In this document: piece after piece, positions 17,124 through 26,494 of the stretch
Layout of the letters: each line of letters starts with the position of its first letter
Numbering within the stretch: position 1 is the stretch's first letter
Origin: Chloroflexota bacterium
GTDB taxonomy: Bacteria > Chloroflexota > Limnocylindria > P2-11E
Direction of reading: 5' to 3'
Assembly (NCBI GenBank): GCA_005889275.1
Contig: VBFI01000040.1
Coordinates: forward strand, 22,334 to 86,333
Length of the DNA stretch: 64,000 nt
The notes under the pieces: generated by a model
Databases searched by the model: none
What the model was told of the DNA's origin: nothing
The model's input: the letters and a program-made list of their open reading frames with translations, nothing else
Position numbers and translations under genes: made by a program

Positions 17124-17235
17124 AGCGGGGGTCTATCTCGGCGCGACGGACCGCGAGCGCGCGGCCGTAGGATCGGACCGTCACGGTCAGCAGGGCCAGG
17201 AGCGTCGCGGTGACCACGATCGCAAGATCGAGCAT
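17122..17235 (-). CDS. candidate 37-aa hydrophobic peptide
   Basis: Manual translation MLDLAIVVTATLLALLTVTVRSYGRALAVRRAEIDPR. GGAGG SD upstream. Single TM helix plus basic tail. Confidence 0.25.
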   Translation of the reverse strand: MLDLAIVVTATLLALLTVTVRSYGRALAVRRAEIDPR

Positions 17236-17385
17236 TTCCCTCTTACCTCCACGCGAGATCGTCTGCGTGAGGTCTAACTGCCGCGTGCGCTCTATCCCCT
17301 CGCCCGAACGGAGGAGGAAGGAGGTACGGGGGCTCCGTTGCGGAGGCGGTCTACGTCATTTGGAGGACCCGGCGGCTTGGCGACG

Positions 17386-18921
17386 TCAGTAACCGACCGC
17401 GATCCCGATCTTCGTTCCCTCGACGCCGCCGCGTAACCCGTTCTCGTCGATCGCGATCGCGGATGGCCGCGCGAAGTTCGTGGCGAGCACGTCGTCGACC
17501 TTCACGTCGATCTCGTGTCCTTTCGCGGCGAGCGCGGCGCGGACGCTCTCGGGGATGCGCGAGTCGACCAGCAGCATCTCGCCTTCGTCGTGCACCCGTG
17601 GCCGACTCGTCGCGTCCTGCGGACCATCTCCGTAGTCGATCGCGTTGGTGAGCGTCTGCACGACCGCGCTCATGATCTTGCGGCCTCCCGGCGCCCCGCA
17701 GACGAGGACCGGCCGACGGTCTCGCAGCGCGATCGTGGGCGCTCCCGCCCAGAGCACGCGCTTGCCCGGCGCGATCGAGTTCGCCCGGCCCGGGCGCGGA
17801 TCGAACCAGTACATCCCGTTGGTGATCAGGACACCGGTTCCCTTCGCCATGAACGCAGAACCGAAGCCGCCGCCGAGCGTCGCCGTGAGCGACACGCACA
17901 TCCGCCCGCGATCCACGACGTTGAGGTGCGTCGTGTTCGGAAGGTCCGCCATGGTGGTGAGCCGCTCGCCAAAGGCGGCGCGCAAAGCGACAGCGATCCG
18001 ATGAAGGCTTTCCGCTCCGAGCTGCTCGTGCCGCCGCAGGTCTTCGCGCGCGAGATGCTCGAGCGACCGCGCGACCGTTGGACCGCCGGTGAGTCCGGGA
18101 AGCGTGAGCACCTCGTGGCCGCGATAGTCGACGCAGAGTGGCTCGCGCTCCACGGCCTCGAAAGCGCGGAAATCCTCGCGCGTCAGGATGCCGCCCTGCG
18201 CGCGGACGTCGTCCGCGATCGCCGCGCCGAGCTCCCCCTGATAGAGCGCCTTCGCACCGCCTCGGGCGATCGCCTCGAGCGAGCGCGCGAGGTCCGGCTG
18301 GCGAAGACGCTCGGCCGGCTCGAAGCCGGTCGGCGGCCGATACGGCGCGCCGCCCTCGCGGAAGTACACGCGTTTCGCTTCGGCGCTGCGATGCAGGCGC
18401 GCCGCGTACGCGCCGAAGACCAGCGTGCCGTACCAGTCCATCACGAAGCCATCGCGGGCGAGGCGGATCGCCGGCTCGAAGATCCGGGCCCAAGGGAGCT
18501 TTCCAAAACGGCGATGCGCCATCTCGTACGCGGCGACGGCACCGGGCACGCTCGCCGAGAGCGGACCCTCGACGTTGTGGTCGCCCTTCACGGCCGGCCA
18601 CCCGTACATTCCCGAGCGGACCTCACCACCCGTGAGCTCGAACATCTCCGGACGCGCCGCGAGCGGAGCGCGCGTCGACCCGTCGAAGCACGTTGCGGCC
18701 CCATCACGCCAGATCAGGATCCCGGCGATTCCCCCGAGCCCGCTCCCGATCGGCGCGACGACCCCGAGCGCGAACGCGGTTGCGAGCGCGGCGTCGAGGG
18801 CGTTCCCGCCGGCCTGCAGGATCTCGAGCCCCGCCTCGGCCGGGAGCGGATCGGCCGTGACCATGGCGTTCGGAGCGGCTGCCTCGGTCCGGGTGAAGCG
18901 CCACTCGCTCTTCGTCGCCAC
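17386..18921 (-). CDS. ggt: gamma-glutamyltransferase
   Basis: 511 aa. Autoprocessing/nucleophile region LPNTTHLNVVD and GGxxG motifs. Full-length GGT similarity. Confidence 0.85.
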   Translation of the reverse strand: MATKSEWRFTRTEAAAPNAMVTADPLPAEAGLEILQAGGNALDAALATAFALGVVAPIGSGLGGIAGILIWRDGAATCFDGSTRAPLAARPEMFELTGGEVRSGMYGWPAVKGDHNVEGPLSASVPGAVAAYEMAHRRFGKLPWARIFEPAIRLARDGFVMDWYGTLVFGAYAARLHRSAEAKRVYFREGGAPYRPPTGFEPAERLRQPDLARSLEAIARGGAKALYQGELGAAIADDVRAQGGILTREDFRAFEAVEREPLCVDYRGHEVLTLPGLTGGPTVARSLEHLAREDLRRHEQLGAESLHRIAVALRAAFGERLTTMADLPNTTHLNVVDRGRMCVSLTATLGGGFGSAFMAKGTGVLITNGMYWFDPRPGRANSIAPGKRVLWAGAPTIALRDRRPVLVCGAPGGRKIMSAVVQTLTNAIDYGDGPQDATSRPRVHDEGEMLLVDSRIPESVRAALAAKGHEIDVKVDDVLATNFARPSAIAIDENGLRGGVEGTKIGIAVGY

Positions 18922-18923
18922 CG

Positions 18924-19217
18924 CTAGCTCAGCTGCTTCGTGATCCTCGTGGCCTCATCCTGGCCGAACGCGCGCATCGTCCGGCTGCGTCCGTTCCCCG
19001 AGAGGCCGTACTCGAGCGCGGTGCGGAGCGCGGCGTCGTCGTTGGGCGCATCGAGGATCGCGACCGCGTCGAACTCGCCGAAGGTGAGATAGACGTCGAT
19101 GAGCTTCCCGCCCACGCGATCGAGCCGCTCGCGCGTCGTGGCCACGCGCTTATCCCAGTCCTTGATGGTCTTGATGCCCTGCTCGGTGAAGCTGATGAGG
19201 GTGATGTAGCGAGCCAT
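18924..19217 (-). CDS. GYD domain protein
   Basis: 97 aa. MARYITLISFTEQGIKTIKD...EFDAVAILDAPND is typical of the GYD family. Confidence 0.7.
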   Translation of the reverse strand: MARYITLISFTEQGIKTIKDWDKRVATTRERLDRVGGKLIDVYLTFGEFDAVAILDAPNDDAALRTALEYGLSGNGRSRTMRAFGQDEATRITKQLS

Positions 19218-19276
19218 CGGGCGGATCCTCCTCGGAATGCTGCGCGGTACCGCGCGGCGGCCCTAGGCTAACTCCA

Positions 19277-19885
19277 ATGCGGTACGCGGCCATCGGGTTC
19301 GATCTTCTCACCGCCCTCCTCGACACGTGGTCCCTCTGGTCCGATGTCGCCGGCGGCCGCCCGCTCGGCATGCGGTGGCACGCGGCGGCGCAGGAGCTCC
19401 TGCGCGGCAAGCGTTATCGGCCGTTCGACGACGTCGTGCGCGAGGCCGCGAGCCAGGTGGGCGTGCCGCGCGCGGGCGCCGACGCGCTTCTCCGCCGATG
19501 GGGCGAGTTCGAGCCGTGGCCCGACGTTCCCCCGGTGCTCGCGAAGCTCGATGGCACGAAGCGCTTCATCGTCACGAACTGCTCGCGCAAGCTTGGGCGC
19601 CTCGCGGCGTTCCGGGCCGGATCCTTCGATCTCGTCGTCACCGCGGAGGAGGCCGGCGCGTACAAGCCCGATCCGCTTCCCTACCGCATGGCCCTCGACC
19701 GCCTTGCGCTCGATCCGGCGGAGGTCCTCTTCGTCGCCGGATCGGCGCACGACGTCGGCGGCGCGGCGCGGGTGGGCATGGACGTGTATTGGGCGAATCG
19801 GGGCGGCGCCCCTGCGCCGAGCGACGGTCAGGCGCTTCGCGAGGAGCCCGACTTCCGCGCCCTTCTGGAAACGGTGGGAGTTTGA
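19277..19885 (+). CDS. HAD-superfamily hydrolase (haloacid dehalogenase type II-like)
   Basis: 202 aa. FDLLTALLDT (motif I DxxxT), ...FIVTNCSRK, ...VGDSAHDVGGA motifs. Confidence 0.7.
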   Translation: MRYAAIGFDLLTALLDTWSLWSDVAGGRPLGMRWHAAAQELLRGKRYRPFDDVVREAASQVGVPRAGADALLRRWGEFEPWPDVPPVLAKLDGTKRFIVTNCSRKLGRLAAFRAGSFDLVVTAEEAGAYKPDPLPYRMALDRLALDPAEVLFVAGSAHDVGGAARVGMDVYWANRGGAPAPSDGQALREEPDFRALLETVGV

Positions 19886-21708
19886 TGATCGGCCGCGCCG
19901 CGATCACCCAGCGCGACGACGGCTCGCTCGCCGACCCGCGTACCGACGCCGACTGGCTCGAGTGGGTCGCCGCCGGCGCCGTCCGCAACTGGTGCTCCGA
20001 TGATCTCCTCGCGGACTGGCTCGACGAGTACGGCGAGCGTCATGGCTTCCGCCGCGACGACCAGCTCTCCGGATACGACCCGGTCTTCGATCTCGCGCGG
20101 TACCTCATGGACCAAGGCCGGCGGTTCGAGCAGGCGGTCATCGTGGATCTGCAAACGCGCTGGCCGGTCCAGCGCATCGCCACGCGGCCCGACGAGGCCC
20201 GCTCGCTCCAAGCGGCCGAGGCGACGTGGGAGGCGATGAAGGGTGGCGCGCCGCTCATCGCGTCCGCGGTGCTGCGCGATCCGGAGCGGCGCGCGTACGG
20301 CATCGCGGACCTCCTGGTGCGCTCCGACGTGCTCGGGGAGCTGTGTCCGGACGCGTTCATCGGCGATCAGCTCGAGCTTCCGGTGGTGGCGCTTCGCCAT
20401 GGCCGGCATTACCGCGTCGTCGACATCAAGTTCTCCACGCTCAAGCTCTTGAAAGACGGCGGTCTGGGCGCCGACGGCGTCGCGGTCATGGCGCAGGCGT
20501 GGACCTACAACGAGGCCCTCGGCCGGCTGCAGGGCTACACCCCGCCCGCGGCCTACGTCGCCGGCCGCGGCTGGCGGCAGGGGCAGGCCCGCGGCGACCG
20601 CTGCTGGGAGAAGCTCGCGCGCATCGCGCGAGAGACCTACGTCCGCTCTTGGGAGGAAGACCTCGCGAGCGTGGTCGCGCGCGGTATGGCTTGGATCCGC
20701 CGGCTCCGCACCGAGGGGGCGGAATGGCGCGTCCTGCCAATCCCCTCGGTGCCCGAGCTCTGGCCGAACATGAAGGCCGACCAGGACTTCCCGTGGCACG
20801 TGGCGAAGACCGAGATCGCGAAGCAGCTCGCCGAGCTCACCCTCCTGCCGCGTGTGAATCGTGACCGGCGTGCCGCGGCGCACTCGGCGGGGATCACCCG
20901 CTGGGACGACCCACGCGTCTCGGCCGCGCTCCTCGGCATCGACGGAGACAACGCGCGGACGCTCGACGCGGTGATCTCGGTCAACCGCGACGACGGCGAT
21001 CCGGTACGCCCGCGTCGTGTCGGCGCGGACGAATCGACCTGGCGGGTGGCCCCGCCTGCCGAGGCGTACGTCGACTTCGAGTTCGTTCACGACATGGACG
21101 ACGACTTCTCGGCGTTCCCGCAGAAAGGCGGGCAGGCGCTGATCTTCCAGATCGGGAGCGGGACGTATCGCGATCGCCGCTGGTCCTTCCGGCAATTCAC
21201 CGTCGATGCTCTGAGCGTCGAAGCCGAAGCGCGAATGGTCGACGACTGGCTCGGTCAGCTCGCGGAGATCGCGCGCGAGGCGGGCGTTGCTTCGGTGAGC
21301 GACGTGAGAGTGGTGCACTGGTCCATCGCCGAGGAGTCGAACTTCGAGCGCGCATACGAGTCGGCGCGCTCGCGCCATCCGGATCGGGCGTGGCCGGCGC
21401 TGCAGTGGTACGACCTCCTCAGCCGCGTGTTCCGCGCGGAGCCGATCGTCGTCCGCGGCGCGTTCTCCTTCGGCCTGAAGGCGGTCGCCCGAGCAATGAA
21501 GAGCCACGGGCTGATCCAGACCGAATGGGCCGACGGTCTGGCGGACGGCGCCGGCGCGATGGCCGGCGCGTGGGCCGCCGCCGCCGACGCGCGCGCGCGC
21601 GGGCGCAGCCTGCGCGAGTCTCCGGTGATGAGCGAGATCGCGCGCTACAACGAGGTCGACTGCCGGGTCATGGCCGAGCTCCTCGATTACCTGCGGCGGG
21701 AGCGTTAG
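19885..21708 (+). CDS. TM0106-family RecB-like nuclease (PD-(D/E)XK N-domain + C-terminal RNase-H-like/exonuclease-like domain)
   Basis: ATG at 19885 overlaps the HAD stop (TGATG). VVDIKFSTLK resembles PD-(D/E)XK. C-terminus YNEVDCRVMAELLDYL resembles an exonuclease motif. ORF-track N-terminal 186 aa is a different-frame artefact. Confidence 0.5.
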   Translation: MIGRAAITQRDDGSLADPRTDADWLEWVAAGAVRNWCSDDLLADWLDEYGERHGFRRDDQLSGYDPVFDLARYLMDQGRRFEQAVIVDLQTRWPVQRIATRPDEARSLQAAEATWEAMKGGAPLIASAVLRDPERRAYGIADLLVRSDVLGELCPDAFIGDQLELPVVALRHGRHYRVVDIKFSTLKLLKDGGLGADGVAVMAQAWTYNEALGRLQGYTPPAAYVAGRGWRQGQARGDRCWEKLARIARETYVRSWEEDLASVVARGMAWIRRLRTEGAEWRVLPIPSVPELWPNMKADQDFPWHVAKTEIAKQLAELTLLPRVNRDRRAAAHSAGITRWDDPRVSAALLGIDGDNARTLDAVISVNRDDGDPVRPRRVGADESTWRVAPPAEAYVDFEFVHDMDDDFSAFPQKGGQALIFQIGSGTYRDRRWSFRQFTVDALSVEAEARMVDDWLGQLAEIAREAGVASVSDVRVVHWSIAEESNFERAYESARSRHPDRAWPALQWYDLLSRVFRAEPIVVRGAFSFGLKAVARAMKSHGLIQTEWADGLADGAGAMAGAWAAAADARARGRSLRESPVMSEIARYNEVDCRVMAELLDYLRRER

Positions 21709-21724
21709 GACCTAGGCTCTCGCG

Positions 21725-22534
21725 GTGCCCCTGGCGGAATCATTGAGCCTGGACCTCGCGATGGCGCGTGTGGGCTTCGGACGCTACGCGGCGTACCCGA
21801 TCGCGAGCGCGGCCGGCATATTCACCAACGTCGTGTTCGGGCTGATGCGCGGCTCGATCCTCCTCGCGCTCTTCGCGCAGCGCGAGCGCATCGGCGCATA
21901 CGATGCGAGCGCGACGCTCACGTATGTATGGCTCACGCAGGGTCTGCTGAACGTCGTCGCGATGTGGGGCTGGCAGGACCTCGCGATCCGGGTGCGGACC
22001 GGCGACATCGCCACCGACCTCATCAGGCCGATCCACCCGCTTCGCGCCGCGCTCGCGGCCGACTACGGTCGCGCGGCCTACCAGCTCCTGGTGAGAGCGG
22101 TGCCGCCGATTCTCGTCGGGATCGTCATCTTCCGGACGAGCCTCCCGCCGAGCCCGGTGGCGTGGCTCGCGTTCGCGGTGAGCCTGACGCTCGCGATCGC
22201 GGTGAGCCTCGGGTTCCGTTTTGTCTACAACGTGGCCGCGTTCTGGACCACCGATCACCGCGGCGCGATGATCCTCGCGCTCGTCGTCATGAGCGTCTTC
22301 TCGGGCTTCACGATCCCGATCCAGTTCTTTCCGCCGTGGCTCGCGGCCATCGCGAGCGCGACACCGTTTCCCTCGATGATCCAGACCCCCGTCGACGTCT
22401 GGATCGGGGCGCTGAGCGGATCGAGCCTGGTCGGAGCCCTGGTCGCCCAGCTCGCCTGGGCCGCCGCTTTGCTCGGGCTCTCGTACGGTCTCTTCGCGCG
22501 GGGCACACGGCGGCTGGTAATCCAGGGTGGGTGA
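21725..22534 (+). CDS. ABC-2 family transporter permease
   Basis: 269 aa, 6 predicted TM helices, typical ABC-2 exporter permease. Confidence 0.65.
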   Translation: MPLAESLSLDLAMARVGFGRYAAYPIASAAGIFTNVVFGLMRGSILLALFAQRERIGAYDASATLTYVWLTQGLLNVVAMWGWQDLAIRVRTGDIATDLIRPIHPLRAALAADYGRAAYQLLVRAVPPILVGIVIFRTSLPPSPVAWLAFAVSLTLAIAVSLGFRFVYNVAAFWTTDHRGAMILALVVMSVFSGFTIPIQFFPPWLAAIASATPFPSMIQTPVDVWIGALSGSSLVGALVAQLAWAAALLGLSYGLFARGTRRLVIQGG

Positions 22535-23339
22535 CGTTCGCGACCTCCCGGAGCTCTACGTGCGGCTGGTTGCGGCACGGATCCGCGCGCAGCTGCAGTA
22601 CCGCGCGTCCTTCGCCATGGAGACGTTCGGCACGCTCCTCGTCTCGTTCATCGATTTCGTCGCCATCCTCGTGATCTTCGCCAACGTTCCCCAGCTCGGA
22701 TCGTGGTCGATGCCCGAAGTGGCCTTGCTCTACGGCATCAGCGGCCTCGCGTTCGCGATCACGGATCTGATCCTCGGACACCTCGACGACTTTCCTCGCC
22801 TCGTTCGCGACGGCAACTTCGATCTCCTGCTCGTCCGGCCGCGCGGAACGCTCTTCCAGATCCTCACCGGCGACTTCCAGCTCCGCCGGCTCGGCAAGGC
22901 CACCGGCGGCCTCATCGTCCTGGCCTACGCCTTCTCGCAGCTGAACGTCGCCTGGGATCCCGGCCGGGTGATCGTGCTCGTTCTGGCGATACCCGCCGCG
23001 ACCGCCATCTTTGCTTCCGTGTGGATCGCGACCATCTGCGTCGCGTTCTGGGCGGTGGAAGGCCGCGAGGCGTCGAACGCGTTCAGCTACGGCGGCCAGT
23101 TCCTCGCGCAGTTTCCCATCAACATCTACGACACCTGGCTTCGGCGCTTCCTTGCGTATCTCTTCCCGGTAGCGTTCGTCGCGTACTTCCCCGCGCTGTA
23201 CATCCTGGCGAAGCCCGATCCGCTCGGGCTTCCGGACTGGCTCCGCTTCATGTCGCCCCTGGTCGCCGCGCTCGCGCTGGTCGTGGCGGGCCGGGTCTGG
23301 GCGATCGGCGTCCGGCACTACCAGAGCGCCGGCGGTTAG
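22527..23339 (+). CDS. ABC-2 family transporter permease (second subunit)
   Basis: 270 aa multi-TM protein; 8-nt overlap with the upstream permease. Confidence 0.65.
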   Translation: MGDVRDLPELYVRLVAARIRAQLQYRASFAMETFGTLLVSFIDFVAILVIFANVPQLGSWSMPEVALLYGISGLAFAITDLILGHLDDFPRLVRDGNFDLLLVRPRGTLFQILTGDFQLRRLGKATGGLIVLAYAFSQLNVAWDPGRVIVLVLAIPAATAIFASVWIATICVAFWAVEGREASNAFSYGGQFLAQFPINIYDTWLRRFLAYLFPVAFVAYFPALYILAKPDPLGLPDWLRFMSPLVAALALVVAGRVWAIGVRHYQSAGG

Positions 23340-23341
23340 GG

Positions 23342-24301
23342 ATGCCGATCATCGAGGTCGAGCACGTCGAGAAGGAGTTCACGGTCCGTCGGCCGCTCGG
23401 CCGCCTTCGGCGCGAGCGCGTACGCGTCCGAGCGGTCGTCGACCTCACGTTCGCGATCGAGCGGGCGAGCATCGTCGGCTACATCGGACCGAACGGCGCA
23501 GGGAAGTCGACCACGGTGAAGATGCTGACCGGCATCCTCGTCCCGACGCGAGGGCGGATCTCCGTCGCCGGACTGGTGCCGACGAGGCAACGCATGCGCC
23601 TCGCAGGGAAGATCGGCGTCATGTTCGGACAGCGCGTTCAGCTGTGGTGGGATCTGCCGCTCGTGGAGTCATTCGACCTCCTGCGGCACGTCTACCGCGT
23701 CCCCGCGGATCGGCACCGCGAGAACCTCCTGCGGTTCCGCGACCTGCTGGAGCTCGACCCATTCCTCAACACACCCGTACGTCAGCTCTCGCTCGGGCAG
23801 CGCATCCGCGGCGAGCTGACCGCGGCGATGCTCCACGATCCGGAGATCGTCTTCCTCGACGAACCGACCATCGGCCTCGACGTGATCGCGAAGCAGCGCG
23901 TGCGCGAGTTCCTGCTTCAGGCCAACCGCGATCGCGGCGTGACCGTGCTGCTCACGACCCACGACCTGGCCGACATCGAGCGCCTCTGCTCGCGGGTCCT
24001 GATCCTCGATCGCGGGCGCCTCATCTACGACGGCGACGTGCCTTCGCTGAAGTCGCGTTTCGGCAAGGAACGCGTGCTCGTCGTCGACCTCGAGGAGACC
24101 GCTCCTCCGCTCAGGCTCGCTGGCGCCCGAGTCGTAAGGGTCGAGGGACCACGTCAGTGGATCGCGTTCGATGGCGACCGCACGAGCGCCGCCGAGCTCA
24201 CCGGGGCGGTCGCGGCACAGGCGCCGCTTCGCGATCTGACCGTCGAGGAGCCGGAGATCGAGGATGTCGTGCGCCGGATCTACGAGGAGCAGCCCGAGTA
24301 A
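23342..24301 (+). CDS. ABC transporter ATP-binding protein
   Basis: Walker A GPNGAGKST, signature LSLGQRIRG, Walker B VFLDEPT. Confidence 0.85.
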   Translation: MPIIEVEHVEKEFTVRRPLGRLRRERVRVRAVVDLTFAIERASIVGYIGPNGAGKSTTVKMLTGILVPTRGRISVAGLVPTRQRMRLAGKIGVMFGQRVQLWWDLPLVESFDLLRHVYRVPADRHRENLLRFRDLLELDPFLNTPVRQLSLGQRIRGELTAAMLHDPEIVFLDEPTIGLDVIAKQRVREFLLQANRDRGVTVLLTTHDLADIERLCSRVLILDRGRLIYDGDVPSLKSRFGKERVLVVDLEETAPPLRLAGARVVRVEGPRQWIAFDGDRTSAAELTGAVAAQAPLRDLTVEEPEIEDVVRRIYEEQPE

Positions 24302-24304
24302 GGA

Positions 24305-24328
24305 GCGGGGCGGCCCGCGCCGCCCCGC
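24305..24328. terminator. bidirectional GC hairpin (GCGGGGCGGC-CCGC-GCCGCCCCGC) between convergent genes
   Basis: Perfect 10-bp stem between the ABC ATPase stop (24301) and the SMP-30-like gene stop (24338). Confidence 0.5.
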
Positions 24329-24337
24329 CCGCTCCGC

Positions 24338-25330
24338 TTAGTCGTCCTTCCCGTTGTCGCGGCCCGGCACGAGTGGCGCGCCCTCTACGGAGGTGCCGAG
24401 GACCGAGATCCTCCCGCCACGCGGCGCGGTCGCGAACGCGAGGTTCGCGATGTAGAGCGCTTGTCCGTAGAAGACCGGGCTTGCCGGAAAGTCCAGCGCG
24501 TTCGCGCCGTTTCCGCTGAAGCGCGCGGTCAGCTGCGCGGACGGCGAGAGGACCTGGATCTCGTTGGCCTGGTTTGCGCACACCCAGAGGTTGCCCTCGG
24601 TGTCGAAGGCGATCCCGTCCGCGCCGTCGAGCGCGTGGGTCGTGCCCAGCTGCGCGTTGATCGCGGCGCCGTCGGCGAAGACGAAGAGATCGCCCGCGGA
24701 GCCGTTGGCATTCACCGCGATACGGAAGATCGTGTCGTCGCCGGTGTTCGCGACATAGAGGAAGCGCCCGGCGGCGTCGAAGGCGAGCCCATTCGCGCCG
24801 AACCCCGGGAATCCGTGGGACCGGAGGGCCTCCGCCTGCTTCCAGAGGACCGCCGCGCCGGTGGCCGTGTTCACGACGTAAACGGCGCCCGTGAACGAAT
24901 CCGAGACGAAGAGACGCCCGCGACGATCCATCGCGAACGCGTTCGTGTTCGCGAATGTCGCGGGCAGGATCGTCACCGCGCCGCTTGCCGCATCGACGCG
25001 GTCGATGCGTGCGCCGCTGAAGTCCCCGTTGTTGTCGGCGACGTAGATCTGACCGGCCACGTAGAGCTCACCGAGGAGCGCGTGCCCCGCGGCCACCGGG
25101 ATGACGCGAACCCGGTCGCCGGTGCGCGTGTAGACGCAGATGTTCCCCGAGAGGCCGGCCGCGTACAGCAGGCCATCGGGCGAGGCGGCGATGCCTTCCG
25201 GGTTGTGACACGAGGGGTTGTCGGTGTCGGCGATCGTCCGTACGACGCCTGGCTTCACCTGCGCGGCGAGCACCGGTTGAGCGGACGCGAGCATGAGAGC
25301 CGCGGCGAGCGGGATCAACCAACGGCGCAT
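24338..25330 (-). CDS. secreted SMP-30/gluconolactonase/LRE-like beta-propeller protein
   Basis: Start at internal ATG (MRRWLIPLAAALMLASAQPVLA signal peptide). Repeated ...DG..YVA... blades typical of 6-bladed propeller lactonases. Confidence 0.5.
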   Translation of the reverse strand: MRRWLIPLAAALMLASAQPVLAAQVKPGVVRTIADTDNPSCHNPEGIAASPDGLLYAAGLSGNICVYTRTGDRVRVIPVAAGHALLGELYVAGQIYVADNNGDFSGARIDRVDAASGAVTILPATFANTNAFAMDRRGRLFVSDSFTGAVYVVNTATGAAVLWKQAEALRSHGFPGFGANGLAFDAAGRFLYVANTGDDTIFRIAVNANGSAGDLFVFADGAAINAQLGTTHALDGADGIAFDTEGNLWVCANQANEIQVLSPSAQLTARFSGNGANALDFPASPVFYGQALYIANLAFATAPRGGRISVLGTSVEGAPLVPGRDNGKDD

Positions 25331-25367
25331 CGATATCCTCCCCACGGTTTGTTGGCCGCGCGAGATG

Positions 25368-26399
25368 CTAATCCCGTACGAGGGGAAACACCTCGGCGGC
25401 GAACCGGTCCATCTCTTCACGCTGCGGGCTGCACTGGAGGAGGACGAGATCGACGCCGATGCGCTCGAGCTCGCGGAGTCGCTCGGCGATCACCTCCGGC
25501 GTCCCGACGAGCCCGGTGCGCAGGCCGCGGTTGGACACGCTGTAGTCCTCGAGCGAGACCTTCGTCTCGAGCTGCGATCCCTTCACGAAATCCTGGTAGC
25601 TCGCGTACCCGCGCGCGCTCGCGCGCACGTCGGTGATGCGGGCAAGCTCCCGCTTCACCTCCGGGTCGGTCGGTCGAACGATCGAGTACGCGGCGACGCC
25701 GAACCGGAGCGGGGGGAGCTCGGGATGCGTCGCGCGGCGCGCGCGCATGTCCTCGATCTTCGACGCGAGGACCTCAGCCGGGTCGCCATGCATGAGATAG
25801 GCGTCGCACTCGCGAGCGATGAGGTCCTTCGCCGCCGGCGACTCACCGCCTGCGTAAAGCGTTGGCCACGGCTGTTGGACCGGCTTGGGGTGGAGGCGGG
25901 CGTTCTTGATCTCGTAGTAGCGGCCGGCGAGCGTGTACTCGGATCGCGTCCACATCCCCTTCAGGATGCCGATGAACTCAGCCGTTCTCGCGTACCGCTC
26001 GTCGTGTTCCACCCATGCGCCGCCGTACTGGTCGCTCTCCTGCTGCCACCAGGCGCTCACCACGTTGAGGGTGAAGCGGCCGCTCGAGATGTGATCGATG
26101 GTGGCGGCTTCCTTCGCGACCAGGGCCGGAAGCCGGAAGTTGGGCCGGACCGCGGTCATGAGCTCGAGACGCTTGGTCAGCGGCGCCAGCGCAGCGGCGG
26201 TCGTCCAGGCCTCGAGACAGTCGGCCTCGGGCCCCTTGATGTCGTTCAAGTTGAGCTCGGCGATGAGGGTCACATCCCACCCGGTGGCCTCGGCGCGCTC
26301 CGCGAGTTCCCGCTGGTATGCGAACGTCGCGGCCATTCGCTCGTCCTCGACGTTCCGCAGCCACCCACCGAACACCGGCATCCAGAAACCGAAGCGCAT
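25368..26399 (-). CDS. LLM-class (luciferase-like) flavin-dependent oxidoreductase
   Basis: 343 aa. Starts MRFGFWMPVFGG, typical LLM N-terminus, with full-length TIM-barrel monooxygenase similarity. Confidence 0.8.
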   Translation of the reverse strand: MRFGFWMPVFGGWLRNVEDERMAATFAYQRELAERAEATGWDVTLIAELNLNDIKGPEADCLEAWTTAAALAPLTKRLELMTAVRPNFRLPALVAKEAATIDHISSGRFTLNVVSAWWQQESDQYGGAWVEHDERYARTAEFIGILKGMWTRSEYTLAGRYYEIKNARLHPKPVQQPWPTLYAGGESPAAKDLIARECDAYLMHGDPAEVLASKIEDMRARRATHPELPPLRFGVAAYSIVRPTDPEVKRELARITDVRASARGYASYQDFVKGSQLETKVSLEDYSVSNRGLRTGLVGTPEVIAERLRELERIGVDLVLLQCSPQREEMDRFAAEVFPLVRD

Positions 26400-26494
26400 C
26401 GCGTGAGGCTACCGGCTGACCGCCGGCCTCGCTCGGCGCAGCTCCGGTCTGCCTCACGGCGCTTCGCGCCGAAGCAGCTGCGCGTGCAGCTCCG

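Noticed and set aside
17515-18927. 470-aa plus-strand ORF antisense to ggt
   Set aside because: Arg-rich shadow ORF; ggt on the other strand has clear catalytic motifs.
19828-21507. 559-aa minus-strand ORF antisense to the TM0106-like nuclease gene
   Set aside because: Arg-rich shadow ORF.
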